Source of the DNA: an uncultured archaeon
GTDB taxonomy: Archaea > Nanobdellota > Nanobdellia > Pacearchaeales > GW2011-AR1
NCBI GenBank assembly: GCA_965365175.1
Contig: CBDUAR010000001.1
Location: 1 to 59,337 of the forward strand
Length of the DNA: 59,337 nt
Direction: 5' to 3'
Within the stretch, counting starts at the first letter, position 1. Every line of letters starts with the position of its first letter. Of the stretch, positions 18,326 through 26,820 are shown in pieces. The notes beneath the pieces are model-generated. The model saw nothing but the letters and a program-made list of their open reading frames with translations, ran no database searches and was not told the origin of the DNA. Both the position numbers and the translations under genes were made by a program.

Positions 18326-18613
18326 TTACTTTTTTTTGTAGTATTGGACTGCTATAGAATAATGTTTATTTATTGACTCAAAACCAGGGGTTGATCTAAC
18401 ATGAAGAATATCTCCAATATCATAAGCAACTGAATTTGCAGGAGCATGTTTGATTAAATGAGAATACGCTTTTACCTCTTTTTTAGTAACTCTAGAAGGT
18501 TTTATAATTTGAAAAACTACTGGACCCTGATTTCTAGTTAATTCTGCAAATTCTTTATCAGTCATTTCAGTGATATCTTTTAATTTTGATTCAGCCATTG
18601 TTCTTTTACCCAT
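18326..18613 (-). CDS. hypothetical protein
   Basis: 95-aa ORF; followed by the conserved post-stop motif. Confidence 0.4.
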   Translation of the reverse strand: MGKRTMAESKLKDITEMTDKEFAELTRNQGPVVFQIIKPSRVTKKEVKAYSHLIKHAPANSVAYDIGDILHVRSTPGFESINKHYSIAVQYYKKK

Positions 18614-18708
18614 TGTATTTTCTCAGAATTATGCTTCTGAGGTGCAAACACCTCTAAAATTAGATATTCTGTTTATTTATAAAACTAACGAACGCTCTTG
18701 CAGGGCGT

Positions 18709-19047
18709 TTACTCAGAACTTTCTTCAGAGTCACCTTTATGCGCAAATCCACCTTTTCTAAATGCTGGAGCCATACTTAACTCTCCAAAAACAATATTAT
18801 TCAATCCTTTTAGTGCTCCCCTAACATTTTCACTCAATGTATCACTATTTGTGCTTGTTACACCTATCCTAACATCTCTTATTTCATCTCCATAATCATG
18901 ATGTCTTACTTCACCAGAGCCTTCAAATCTTAAAGAATCATTTTCTTCCACAAATTTCATTGCTTCAGTATAAATTCTCATAGGCATTGAATCATAAACT
19001 ATTCCGTTTCCGCCAAACAAACTCTGTTTCCTTTCTTCATCATCCAT
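18709..19047 (-). CDS. hypothetical protein
   Basis: 112-aa ORF; followed by the conserved post-stop motif. Confidence 0.4.
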   Translation of the reverse strand: MDDEERKQSLFGGNGIVYDSMPMRIYTEAMKFVEENDSLRFEGSGEVRHHDYGDEIRDVRIGVTSTNSDTLSENVRGALKGLNNIVFGELSMAPAFRKGGFAHKGDSEESSE

Positions 19048-19137
19048 AAATTAAATATCATTAAACCCTTTATAAGAATTATTATACTAAAAAACATCTC
19101 TCTAAGATAATAAAATACTGTGTGTCCTTGCGGGGCG

Positions 19138-19836
19138 TTATACTCTAACCTCAACTTTTCCAAAATACCCATCAAGAATCTCTTTGAGTTCATTTAGATA
19201 CTCTTCTGAGATATCTTTTTTCTTACCAAATTCAGGATCAACAAATTTTTCCTTATTCTTAAAACCTTGAAGAGCAAATTTTCTCGGTTTACCTGCACAT
19301 AATGTATTCAACCATTGTGCAATCTCTTCCATATCTTTTACATCGTGATCAACAATAGTGGTTCTAAACTCATAATAATTTAACAGCGAAGAAATAACTT
19401 TAATGCTCTTTTCAATTTTGTTAATATCTACTTCACAATTTGCGACTTCAGGATATTTATCTTTAGAAGTTTTAATATCCATAGAAACATAATCAATCAA
19501 TCCTTTCTTAATCAATTCTTCAAGTAGTTCCGGAAAACTTCCGTTGGTATCAATCTTGATAGAATAACCTAAATCTTTTATTTTTTTTAAGAAATTAACA
19601 TCAATAGTCATTAGAGGCTCACCACCAGTAATACAAACTCCTTCCAATTGACCTTTTCTTTTTTCTAGAAATTTTAAGATTTCTGCTTCAGAATGTTCCT
19701 CTCCCATTGGAGCCAGGACTAATTCTGGATTATGGCAGAAACCACATCGGAAATTACAGCCAAATAAAAATAAAGTACAGGCTATTTTCCCCGGGTAGTC
19801 TACTAGCGTCAGCTCTTGAAGACCTTGAATTTTCAT
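19138..19836 (-). CDS. nrdG: anaerobic ribonucleotide reductase activating enzyme (radical SAM)
   Basis: LVDYPGKIACTLFLFGCNFRCGFCHN (CxxxCxxC); last gene of the nrd operon. Confidence 0.9.
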   Translation of the reverse strand: MKIQGLQELTLVDYPGKIACTLFLFGCNFRCGFCHNPELVLAPMGEEHSEAEILKFLEKRKGQLEGVCITGGEPLMTIDVNFLKKIKDLGYSIKIDTNGSFPELLEELIKKGLIDYVSMDIKTSKDKYPEVANCEVDINKIEKSIKVISSLLNYYEFRTTIVDHDVKDMEEIAQWLNTLCAGKPRKFALQGFKNKEKFVDPEFGKKKDISEEYLNELKEILDGYFGKVEVRV

Positions 19837-19838
19837 CT

Positions 19839-19964
19839 TTAAGCAGCTGAAGCTTCAAACATTACTCTATCATCCCATTCACACTGCTTACCTTCATTCC
19901 ATTGTTGTTTGGGTCTAATATAACCACACACCCTTGAATACACTTCACATTTAGTTCTTTTCAT
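19839..19964 (-). CDS. 41-aa stand-alone glycyl-radical peptide matching the C-terminus of NrdD
   Basis: My translation: MKRTKCEVYSRVCGYIRPKQQWNEGKQCEWDDRVMFEASAA, containing the RVxGY glycyl-radical motif. GGAGG lies 11 nt upstream of the ATG; the stop is 2 nt from the nrdG ATG. Confidence 0.7.
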   Translation of the reverse strand: MKRTKCEVYSRVCGYIRPKQQWNEGKQCEWDDRVMFEASAA

Positions 19965-19984
19965 TTTTTGTTTTTCCTCCTTTT

Positions 19985-22111
19985 TTAATAAACCTCCGCA
20001 GGAGAATCCTGCGTAATTTCTTTTACTTCCATTCCCTTAACAGCATCAATCGTCTGAGCTCTATTTGCCATTCTCAACTCATTAACTTCTGTCTCTTGCT
20101 CTTTATCAAATCCATTTTCTAAGTCACACTTTGGACAGTAAACATGTTCACCAGCCAAATATCCGTGTTTAGGACAAATAGAGAATGTTGGAGTAATAGT
20201 GAAATAAGGTAAGTGATAACCTTCAGCAATTTTCTTTACCATCTTTTTAACCCCTTCTTTAGTCAGTTTTTCACCAATAAAACCATGAAGAACAGTTCCA
20301 CCTGTATACTGAATTTGCAATTCATCTTGAAGATCAAGAGCTGCAAACAAATCCGGAGTGTAATCTACTGGCAATTGAGTAGAGTTAGTATAATATGGTT
20401 TAGCACCTTCTTCTCTTACTGCTTTCTCGTTTGCCACAAGAATTCTACCAAATCTCTTTTTGTCATTTCTAGCGAATCTATAAGTTGTACCTTCTCCAGG
20501 AGTTGCTTCTAAGTTGTAAATATTTCCAGTTTCCTCTTGGAATTCTTCTAACTTGCTTCTCATAAATTTTAACACATTTAATGCGAATTCTTTTCCTCTT
20601 TCAGTTGCAATAGTTTCTCCTGGCATGAAATTCATTATAGCCTCATTCATTCCCAATAACCCAATAGTACCAAAATGATTTTTCCAATACTCTCCAGTTC
20701 TAGACTTAACACTTCTTAAGTAAAATCTTGAATAAGGATAAAGTCCCTTCTCTGTAAATTTCTCAATAGATTTTCTCTTAATTTCTAAACTCTCTTTAGC
20801 CAATTCCATTAATCTTCCTAATCTAGACAGGAAATCCTCCTCAGTTAAACAAGTAAACCCTAATCTTGGCATATTAATTGTAACAACACCAATACTTCCA
20901 GTTAAAGGATTTGAACCAAATAATCCTCCTCCCCTCTTTCTCAGTTCTGTCTGATCTAACCTTAACCTACAACACATACTTCTAGCATCCTCTGGTTTCA
21001 TATCCGAATTAATAAAATTAGAAAAATAGGGAATACCATATTTTGCAGTCATGTCCCAAATAGTATCATATTCTGGATTATCCCAATCGAAATCTTTTGT
21101 AATATTATAAGTTGGAATAGGAAATGTAAACACTCTTCCATCAGCATCTCCCTCAATCATAGCTTCAGCAAATGCCTGGTTAATCATTATCATTTCTTTT
21201 TTGAATTCTTTATATGTTTCAGGCATAGGTTTCCCTCCAATAATAACTGGCTCATCTTTCATATATGTTGGAACTTCTAAGTCCATTGTTATATTTGTAA
21301 ATGGAGTCTGAAAACCAACTCTAGTAGGAACAGCAAGGTTAAACAAAAATTCTTGCATAGCCTGTTTAACTTCTTTGTAATCTAAATCATCATATCTAAC
21401 AAAAGGTGCCAATAAAGTATCAAAATTAGAGAAAGCCTGAGCTCCTGCAGTTTCACCTTGTAATGTATAAAAGAAATTTACTAGTTGTCCCAATGCAGTT
21501 CTAAAATGTTTTGGAGGTTTTGAAGCCACTTTTCCAGCAACTCCTTTAAATCCAGTCAACAAAACATCTTTCAAATCCCATCCAACACAATACGCTCCCA
21601 AGGTGCCAAGATCATGAATGTGTAGATCACTAGCTTCATGCGCTTGTCTTATAGCCTCGGGATAAACTCTTCTTACCCAGTAATTATTAATTATTTTAGT
21701 AGCAATATAATTATTCAAACCTTGCAATGAAAATCCCATATTTGAATTTTCCTTAACCATCCAATCATTTAAACCAATGTAATCATCAACAACTTCAATT
21801 GTATCAAACAAACCTTTAACATTTCTTAATTCTTCATGACTCTTTCTGTAAAGAATATATGCCTTAGCTACTTTAGCATGACCTTCTTCAATTAATAATT
21901 TTTCAACAGAATCTTGAACATCTTCTACTTCCGGAATTCCTGTCTCTCCGAATCTTTCGTCAAGAATTTTCATTAATTTTTCAGACAACACTTGAGATCT
22001 TTCTCTATCTTTTCCTCCAACTGCTTTTGCAGCTTTCCAAATAGCCTCACTAATTTTATCCTTCTCAAAAGGAACTACACTTCCATCTCTCTTTCTAATT
22101 TTCCTTACCAT
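19985..22111 (-). CDS. nrdD: anaerobic (class III) ribonucleoside-triphosphate reductase large chain lacking the glycyl-radical loop
   Basis: N-terminal ATP-cone, RSMCCRL thiyl-Cys loop, and PYFTITPTFSICPKHGYLAGEHVYCPKCD Zn site. No RVxGY; the C-terminal 45 aa look non-conserved. Confidence 0.92.
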   Translation of the reverse strand: MVRKIRKRDGSVVPFEKDKISEAIWKAAKAVGGKDRERSQVLSEKLMKILDERFGETGIPEVEDVQDSVEKLLIEEGHAKVAKAYILYRKSHEELRNVKGLFDTIEVVDDYIGLNDWMVKENSNMGFSLQGLNNYIATKIINNYWVRRVYPEAIRQAHEASDLHIHDLGTLGAYCVGWDLKDVLLTGFKGVAGKVASKPPKHFRTALGQLVNFFYTLQGETAGAQAFSNFDTLLAPFVRYDDLDYKEVKQAMQEFLFNLAVPTRVGFQTPFTNITMDLEVPTYMKDEPVIIGGKPMPETYKEFKKEMIMINQAFAEAMIEGDADGRVFTFPIPTYNITKDFDWDNPEYDTIWDMTAKYGIPYFSNFINSDMKPEDARSMCCRLRLDQTELRKRGGGLFGSNPLTGSIGVVTINMPRLGFTCLTEEDFLSRLGRLMELAKESLEIKRKSIEKFTEKGLYPYSRFYLRSVKSRTGEYWKNHFGTIGLLGMNEAIMNFMPGETIATERGKEFALNVLKFMRSKLEEFQEETGNIYNLEATPGEGTTYRFARNDKKRFGRILVANEKAVREEGAKPYYTNSTQLPVDYTPDLFAALDLQDELQIQYTGGTVLHGFIGEKLTKEGVKKMVKKIAEGYHLPYFTITPTFSICPKHGYLAGEHVYCPKCDLENGFDKEQETEVNELRMANRAQTIDAVKGMEVKEITQDSPAEVY

Positions 22112-22563
22112 TATAATGCACTAATCTCCTTTCTAAAATCTTTAATATCTTGAAAGTCTCTATAAACAGAAGCAAATCTAATGTAGGCAACATTATCAAT
22201 TTTCTTTAACTTTTTCATAATTAATTCACCAATAGTAGAACTCTTCAATTCTCTCTTCCCTTTTTTTCTTAATTGTTCTTCAATTTCGTTTATCATCTTA
22301 TCAATTTTTTCTTTTGGTATAGGACGCTTCTCAAAAGCTTTCTGGATTCCTCCTTTCAGCTTTTCTGAATCAAACGTTTCCCTCTTACCATCTTTCTTTA
22401 TTACATACAATCCATCCTTACTCACTCGCTCATAAGTGGTATATCTCTTGTTGCATTTCAGGCATTCTCTACGCCTTCTCACGCCCTCTGGAGAGCTTCT
22501 TTTATCTGTAACTTTTGATGTTTTATTTGAGCAATATGGACAGTCCACAATTTCTACAAACAT
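22111..22563 (-). CDS. nrdR: NrdR transcriptional repressor (Zn ribbon + ATP-cone)
   Basis: CPYC...RRRRECLKCNKRYTTYE and VAYIRFASVYRDFQDIKDF closely match bacterial NrdR; the stop overlaps the nrdD ATG (TAATG). Confidence 0.92.
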   Translation of the reverse strand: MFVEIVDCPYCSNKTSKVTDKRSSPEGVRRRRECLKCNKRYTTYERVSKDGLYVIKKDGKRETFDSEKLKGGIQKAFEKRPIPKEKIDKMINEIEEQLRKKGKRELKSSTIGELIMKKLKKIDNVAYIRFASVYRDFQDIKDFRKEISAL

Positions 22564-22578
22564 ACAATATATTGTATG
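22561..22578. promoter_or_regulatory. NrdR-box-like perfect 18-bp palindrome overlapping the nrdR start codon
   Basis: CATACAATATATTGTATG; the 16-bp core ATACAATATATTGTAT matches the published NrdR-box consensus acaCwAtATaTwGtgt at 14 of 16 positions (consensus recalled from memory). Confidence 0.65.
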
Positions 22579-22592
22579 TCTATTCCTCCTTT

Positions 22593-22618
22593 ATTACTAT
22601 TACTTGTAGAATAGTAAT
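22593..22618. promoter_or_regulatory. 9-bp inverted repeat ATTACTATT-N8-AATAGTAAT in the nrdR leader/promoter
   Basis: Perfect arms, located between a TATA-like TTTAAATA (minus strand, about 22634-22641) and the GGAGG at 22585-22590. Confidence 0.35.
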
Positions 22619-22752
22619 CAGAATCATAAAAAGTATTTAAACATTTATGACCATCAAAAGAAGGTAACACACTCTTCCAATATTTACCTATTTTTTCTAT
22701 TATTTTTAAGGATTTATGTGGTCAAATAAGCCCTTTCAAAACATTTATAAAC

Positions 22753-22794
22753 TATAGAGTCTATATTAATTATAACTGACATGGTGTCTATAGA
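22753..22794. promoter_or_regulatory. paired palindromic operator-like sites (TATAGAGTCTATA and TCTATAGA) in front of the small RHH-like ORF
   Basis: Palindromes at 22753-22765 and 22787-22794 share the TCTATA half-site; TTTATAA at 22744-22750; the second site abuts the ATG at 22795. Confidence 0.4.
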
Positions 22795-22905
22795 ATGGAG
22801 AGAACTAGCATACAAGTATCAAGAGAGTTTAAGGATTGGCTTGAAGCTCAAGGAAAGAAAAACGAAAGCTACGAACAAATAATTAAAAGATTAATCAAAA
22901 AATGA
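22795..22905 (+). CDS. 36-aa ribbon-helix-helix-like small protein (candidate)
   Basis: My translation: MERTSIQVSREFKDWLEAQGKKNESYEQIIKRLIKK, a beta-strand/helix pattern typical of CopG/RHH proteins; below the ORF-track cutoff. Confidence 0.4.
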   Translation: MERTSIQVSREFKDWLEAQGKKNESYEQIIKRLIKK

Positions 22906-22961
22906 GGATCATACTCTTAACAACAAAAGGATTTGGTTTTTTTATTTAGTGCAAAAAGGGG

Positions 22962-22995
22962 AAAAATAGGGCTTTAATTCTTGAGCCCTATTTTT
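22962..22995 (+). terminator. 12-bp perfect hairpin AAAAATAGGGCT-N10-AGCCCTATTTTT
   Basis: Perfect inverted repeat ending in a T-run, downstream of the small ORF; could act in either direction. Confidence 0.5.
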
Positions 22996-23031
22996 AATAA
23001 TGTTTTTAAACTATCTTCTGTAGAATATAAT

Positions 23032-23334
23032 ATGGCTTTTGGATTTGAAGGAATGGCTGCGGAGATAGGAATGAATGCTTGGCTATTTGGATTTATAATG
23101 ATATGGTCTATAGCATGGAAACTTGCAGCACTTTGGAAAGCAGCTAGACACGGATCATTATTTTGGTTTATAGCATTAGGATTGATTAATACTGTAGGAA
23201 TATTAGAAATACTTTATATCTTTGTTTTCTCAAAGATGGAATCTACAAGATTGGTTAGACATAGAAAAGTTAAACCTGAAGTAGCACTTTTAGATAAGAA
23301 ACCTAAGAAGAGAAAGAAATCTAGGAAGAAATAA
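23032..23334 (+). CDS. small two-TM membrane protein with a Lys-rich tail (resembles DUF5652-type proteins, from memory)
   Basis: WKLAALWKAARHGSLFWFIALGLINTVGILEILYIF; start moved to the ATG at 23032 because the ORF-track start lies inside the terminator hairpin. Confidence 0.55.
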   Translation: MAFGFEGMAAEIGMNAWLFGFIMIWSIAWKLAALWKAARHGSLFWFIALGLINTVGILEILYIFVFSKMESTRLVRHRKVKPEVALLDKKPKKRKKSRKK

Positions 23335-23379
23335 TTCTATATACAAATATTTATAAGCCAGCCATTTATTTGTTTTAAC

Positions 23380-23769
23380 ATGGCAGAAACACTCCAATCA
23401 AGAGGGTTATGGCACGTAACGCTAATAGAAAGGGATCTTATCGAACAAGCAGGACTAAATCCTGCAGATTTTAGGCAAGAATTTGGATGCTTTAGATATA
23501 GGGATAAACCAGTAATAGTTTCTCATATTGTAGGGAGAGAACTAGTTGTTAGCAGAGAGGGTTGGGATGACAATGATTTGGCTCAATTGGTTAATGGTTT
23601 TTCTAAAGTTGTGGAATACAACCCATTTTGTAAATATCTTTTAAAATTGGAGTTGCCAGGTAAAAATATTCCCGGCCTAACAACTTATGAATGGGATAAA
23701 ATTAATCCTGAAGCAAGATTTAAAGAATTGAGTGAAACACCCAGCGTTACTAATTTAGTCAGGATTTAA
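23380..23769 (+). CDS. hypothetical protein
   Basis: 129-aa ORF; no motif recognised. Confidence 0.4.
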   Translation: MAETLQSRGLWHVTLIERDLIEQAGLNPADFRQEFGCFRYRDKPVIVSHIVGRELVVSREGWDDNDLAQLVNGFSKVVEYNPFCKYLLKLELPGKNIPGLTTYEWDKINPEARFKELSETPSVTNLVRI

Positions 23770-24585
23770 TTATAATTGCATCAAACTACATTTCTTACAC
23801 AACTTATTTCTAGAAGGTTCGTTACACATTTCACAATAAGCAATCTCACCCTGTCTTGTCATTTGCAATCTATCGTACAATTTTTCAAAATTCTTAATCA
23901 CATTCCATCTATCTTTATGAGATAAGGTATCAACAAATTTTCTGACCTGAATTCTGTATGAATCTAATGCACAAGGACAACTATCATAAACAACAGGAAG
24001 TTTTTTCTTCTTTGCAAACTTTCTAACTTCATCTTCCGGAATGTAATAAAGTGGCTTTATTCTAGGAATAAATTTTTTATCAGAAACATTTCTAGTTATA
24101 GGACCAAGGTTAGCACTTAACTGGGGACTTCCTTTAAACATATTCATTAAGAATGTCTGAACCTCATCATCCAAATTATGTCCTGTAGCAATTTTATCAG
24201 AACCTATTTCTCTAACTCTCTTATTAATTATCCATTTTTTTATAACTCCACAAATTGCACAATTCTTTATTGTACCCTTAGATCTGGATTGAATTCCACT
24301 TCTCAAATAACACATAGAACTTCCCATCTCTTTTTTGATATCATAAGTATACAAAGGAATCTTCAAATCATCACAAAGCTTTCTAACTGCTTGTAGACAA
24401 TCTTCACTATATTTTCCAATCTTCAAATCAATATGGAATCCTTCGATATTATAACCTAATTTTTTTAACAAATAAGCAGTAACTGTAGAATCTTTTCCTC
24501 CAGACAGAGCTACCATTATCTTTTCTTTTTTATTTCCTAACTTCCATTTCTTTATAGTTTCCTTAACTTTTGCTTCAACATCCAT
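23770..24585 (-). CDS. PP-loop ATPase, tRNA 2-thiolation enzyme of the TtuA/NcsA/TtcA family
   Basis: SGGKDS PP-loop, GHNLDDEVQTF, cluster-ligand-like Cys (NCAICG, SCPC), C-terminal CEMC...CKKC Zn finger. Confidence 0.8.
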   Translation of the reverse strand: MDVEAKVKETIKKWKLGNKKEKIMVALSGGKDSTVTAYLLKKLGYNIEGFHIDLKIGKYSEDCLQAVRKLCDDLKIPLYTYDIKKEMGSSMCYLRSGIQSRSKGTIKNCAICGVIKKWIINKRVREIGSDKIATGHNLDDEVQTFLMNMFKGSPQLSANLGPITRNVSDKKFIPRIKPLYYIPEDEVRKFAKKKKLPVVYDSCPCALDSYRIQVRKFVDTLSHKDRWNVIKNFEKLYDRLQMTRQGEIAYCEMCNEPSRNKLCKKCSLMQL

Positions 24586-24609
24586 ATTATATCAATTAAG
24601 AATTAGTTT

Positions 24610-26784
24610 TTATATCTTTTTTCTTCTCAATAGATTAGCGTTTGTTACAACAGTAATTGAAGATAATGCCATAGCAATTTCCGCAACTACTGGATTCAGT
24701 AAACCTGCAATGGCCAAAGGAATAGCTACAGTATTATAGAAGAATGCCCAAAATAAATTCTGTTTAATCTTAGAAAATGTGGCCTTAGACAAATTAATTG
24801 CCTGCACAACACCCATAAGAGAACCTTTAGCTAATACAATATCTCCTGCCTCTATAGCGATATCTGTTCCAGTACCCATGGCAATACCCACATTAGATTG
24901 TTTTAATGCAGGAGCATCGTTTATACCGTCTCCTACGAAGGCTACAAAACCATACCTCTGCAATTCTTCAACTTTCTTAGACTTATCTTCAGGTAAGACT
25001 TTAGCAATAACTTCATGTATTCCAACCTGCCTAGCTATAGCCTTAGCAGTCAATTCATTATCTCCGGTGATCATTACAGTCTTATACCCTTGCATATTCA
25101 ACTGATTTATTGCCATAACGGAATCTTCTTTTATTGCATCTGCAACTCCAATAAGTCCAATTATTTTTTTACCTTCTGCAATAATCATAGTAGTCTGCCC
25201 TTGAGATTCAAACTCAAACATCTTATCCTTAACTTTAGTTATAGAAATTTTATTATCTTTCATTAATGCTTCATTCCCAATAATAATTTTTTTCTTATTT
25301 ATTACTCCTTCAAGACCCTTTCCACGAATAATTTTGAATTTTGTAACTTTCTTGTATGTTTTAAGATTAGCTCTTTTAACTATTGCCTTTGAAAGAGGAT
25401 GCTCACTTAATTTTTCTAAGCTTCCAGAAATCTCGAATAATTTCTTTTCAGTAATCTTAGGAGTGGTGTAGAAATTAACAACTTCAGGTTTACCTTTTGT
25501 TATTGTTCCGGTTTTATCAAAAACAATTGTCTTAATCTCTTTCATGGTTTGGATAGCCTCACCTTTCCTAATCAAGATACCTCTCTTGGCTCCCATACCA
25601 CTTCCTACAGTTAAGGATATAGGAACAGCAAGACCCAATGCACAAGGACATGCAATAACAAGAACAGAAATAGCAACACCAATAGTTCTACCTAAGGGAG
25701 CACCAATAATAAATAACCATGAGAAGAAAGTTAGCAAAGATAACGTTAAAATTACTGGAACAAAAACATTTGTAACTTTATCCGCAACTTCTTGGATAGG
25801 AACTTTAGTTCCTTGAGCTTCTTCAACTAATTTAATAATATGTGACAAGAAAGTGTCTTTTCCAATTTTTGTAGCCTTAATATATAATATTCCATCTTGA
25901 TTAATTGTAGCTCCAATTACAGGACTCTTAATTGTTTTATCTACCGGTAAACTCTCTCCAGAGATCATAGATTCATCAACACTACTAGAGCCTTTTATAA
26001 CAATTCCATCAGTGGGTATTTTTTCTCCAGGCCTAATAACAAGAACATCATTAATTTCAACTTCATTAATCGGAATTTCAACTTCTTCCTTATTTCGAAG
26101 AACCCTTGCCTTTTTAGCACCCAGCTCAAGAAGCTTTCTTATTTCACTTGTAGCTCTTCCTTTAGCTTTGGTCTCAATATATTTTCCAGTTATAAAAATA
26201 GTCATAATCATACCAGAAACTCCAGCAAAACTAGTAATTTCCATATAGAAACTTAATATTCCTGTTAGATACGCAACAAGAGTACCCAATGCAATAAGGG
26301 AATCCATAGTAAAATAAAATTTGTAGAATCCTCTCAAACCACTCCTAATTGTATTAAATCCAAAAATGAATAAGATAGGGAAACTTAAAATAAGCATAAG
26401 AGGAGTCATAACATTCATAGGAACTAACGATCCTCCAAAAATATACTCCCAATACATAATAATCATAATCTGAATTGTAAATGCCCAAGTACCAATTAAT
26501 TTAACTTTCCACATACTAATTTCTCTTTCTTCTTTTCCATCTTTTGGTTTAGAAGCAGGACCTGTATCAAACTCAACAGATACAGGTTTATATCCAGCTT
26601 CAATTACAGCATCTTTGATTTGTTTTTCACTTACGCTGTCATCAATATCAACAAAAGCCTTACCAGTAACGGCATTAACTTTGCTTGATTTGATTCCGGG
26701 AACTTTTGCGAAGTTCATTTCAACAATCTTTGAACAACTAGCACAATGCATTCCTTCAATATCTACGGTTACTTTTTTTGTCAT
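24610..26784 (-). CDS. copA: copper-translocating P1B-type ATPase
   Basis: N-terminal HMA GMHCASC, the CPC transmembrane motif (IACPCALG), [13 protein letters not shown]; start at the ATG at 26784, preceded by GGAGG. Confidence 0.93.
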   Translation of the reverse strand: MTKKVTVDIEGMHCASCSKIVEMNFAKVPGIKSSKVNAVTGKAFVDIDDSVSEKQIKDAVIEAGYKPVSVEFDTGPASKPKDGKEEREISMWKVKLIGTWAFTIQIMIIMYWEYIFGGSLVPMNVMTPLMLILSFPILFIFGFNTIRSGLRGFYKFYFTMDSLIALGTLVAYLTGILSFYMEITSFAGVSGMIMTIFITGKYIETKAKGRATSEIRKLLELGAKKARVLRNKEEVEIPINEVEINDVLVIRPGEKIPTDGIVIKGSSSVDESMISGESLPVDKTIKSPVIGATINQDGILYIKATKIGKDTFLSHIIKLVEEAQGTKVPIQEVADKVTNVFVPVILTLSLLTFFSWLFIIGAPLGRTIGVAISVLVIACPCALGLAVPISLTVGSGMGAKRGILIRKGEAIQTMKEIKTIVFDKTGTITKGKPEVVNFYTTPKITEKKLFEISGSLEKLSEHPLSKAIVKRANLKTYKKVTKFKIIRGKGLEGVINKKKIIIGNEALMKDNKISITKVKDKMFEFESQGQTTMIIAEGKKIIGLIGVADAIKEDSVMAINQLNMQGYKTVMITGDNELTAKAIARQVGIHEVIAKVLPEDKSKKVEELQRYGFVAFVGDGINDAPALKQSNVGIAMGTGTDIAIEAGDIVLAKGSLMGVVQAINLSKATFSKIKQNLFWAFFYNTVAIPLAIAGLLNPVVAEIAMALSSITVVTNANLLRRKKI

Positions 26785-26820
26785 TTTTCCTCCCATTAAT
26801 TTAATAGACAAGAACTTTAT

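Noticed and set aside
18999-19193. 64-aa ORF overlapping the nrdG 3' end and the spacer; also 40848-41093 antisense to the Dph6-like gene, and 34871-35071
   Set aside because: These overlap better-supported genes or promoter and motif regions, have hydrophobic low-complexity translations, and have no RBS.
19965-20130. Group I intron, intein or BHB intron splitting nrdD
   Set aside because: The intervening stretch is only about 190 nt, too short for a group I intron or an intein. It contains a stop, and the downstream ORF has its own well-spaced GGAGG. I could not draw a bulge-helix-bulge motif. RNA-level removal is kept only as a testable alternative.
22544-22559. Second NrdR box (CCACAATTTCTACAAA) next to the first
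   Set aside because: Only one half-site matches the consensus, and the centre-to-centre distance (about 18 bp) does not fit the usual tandem-box spacing.
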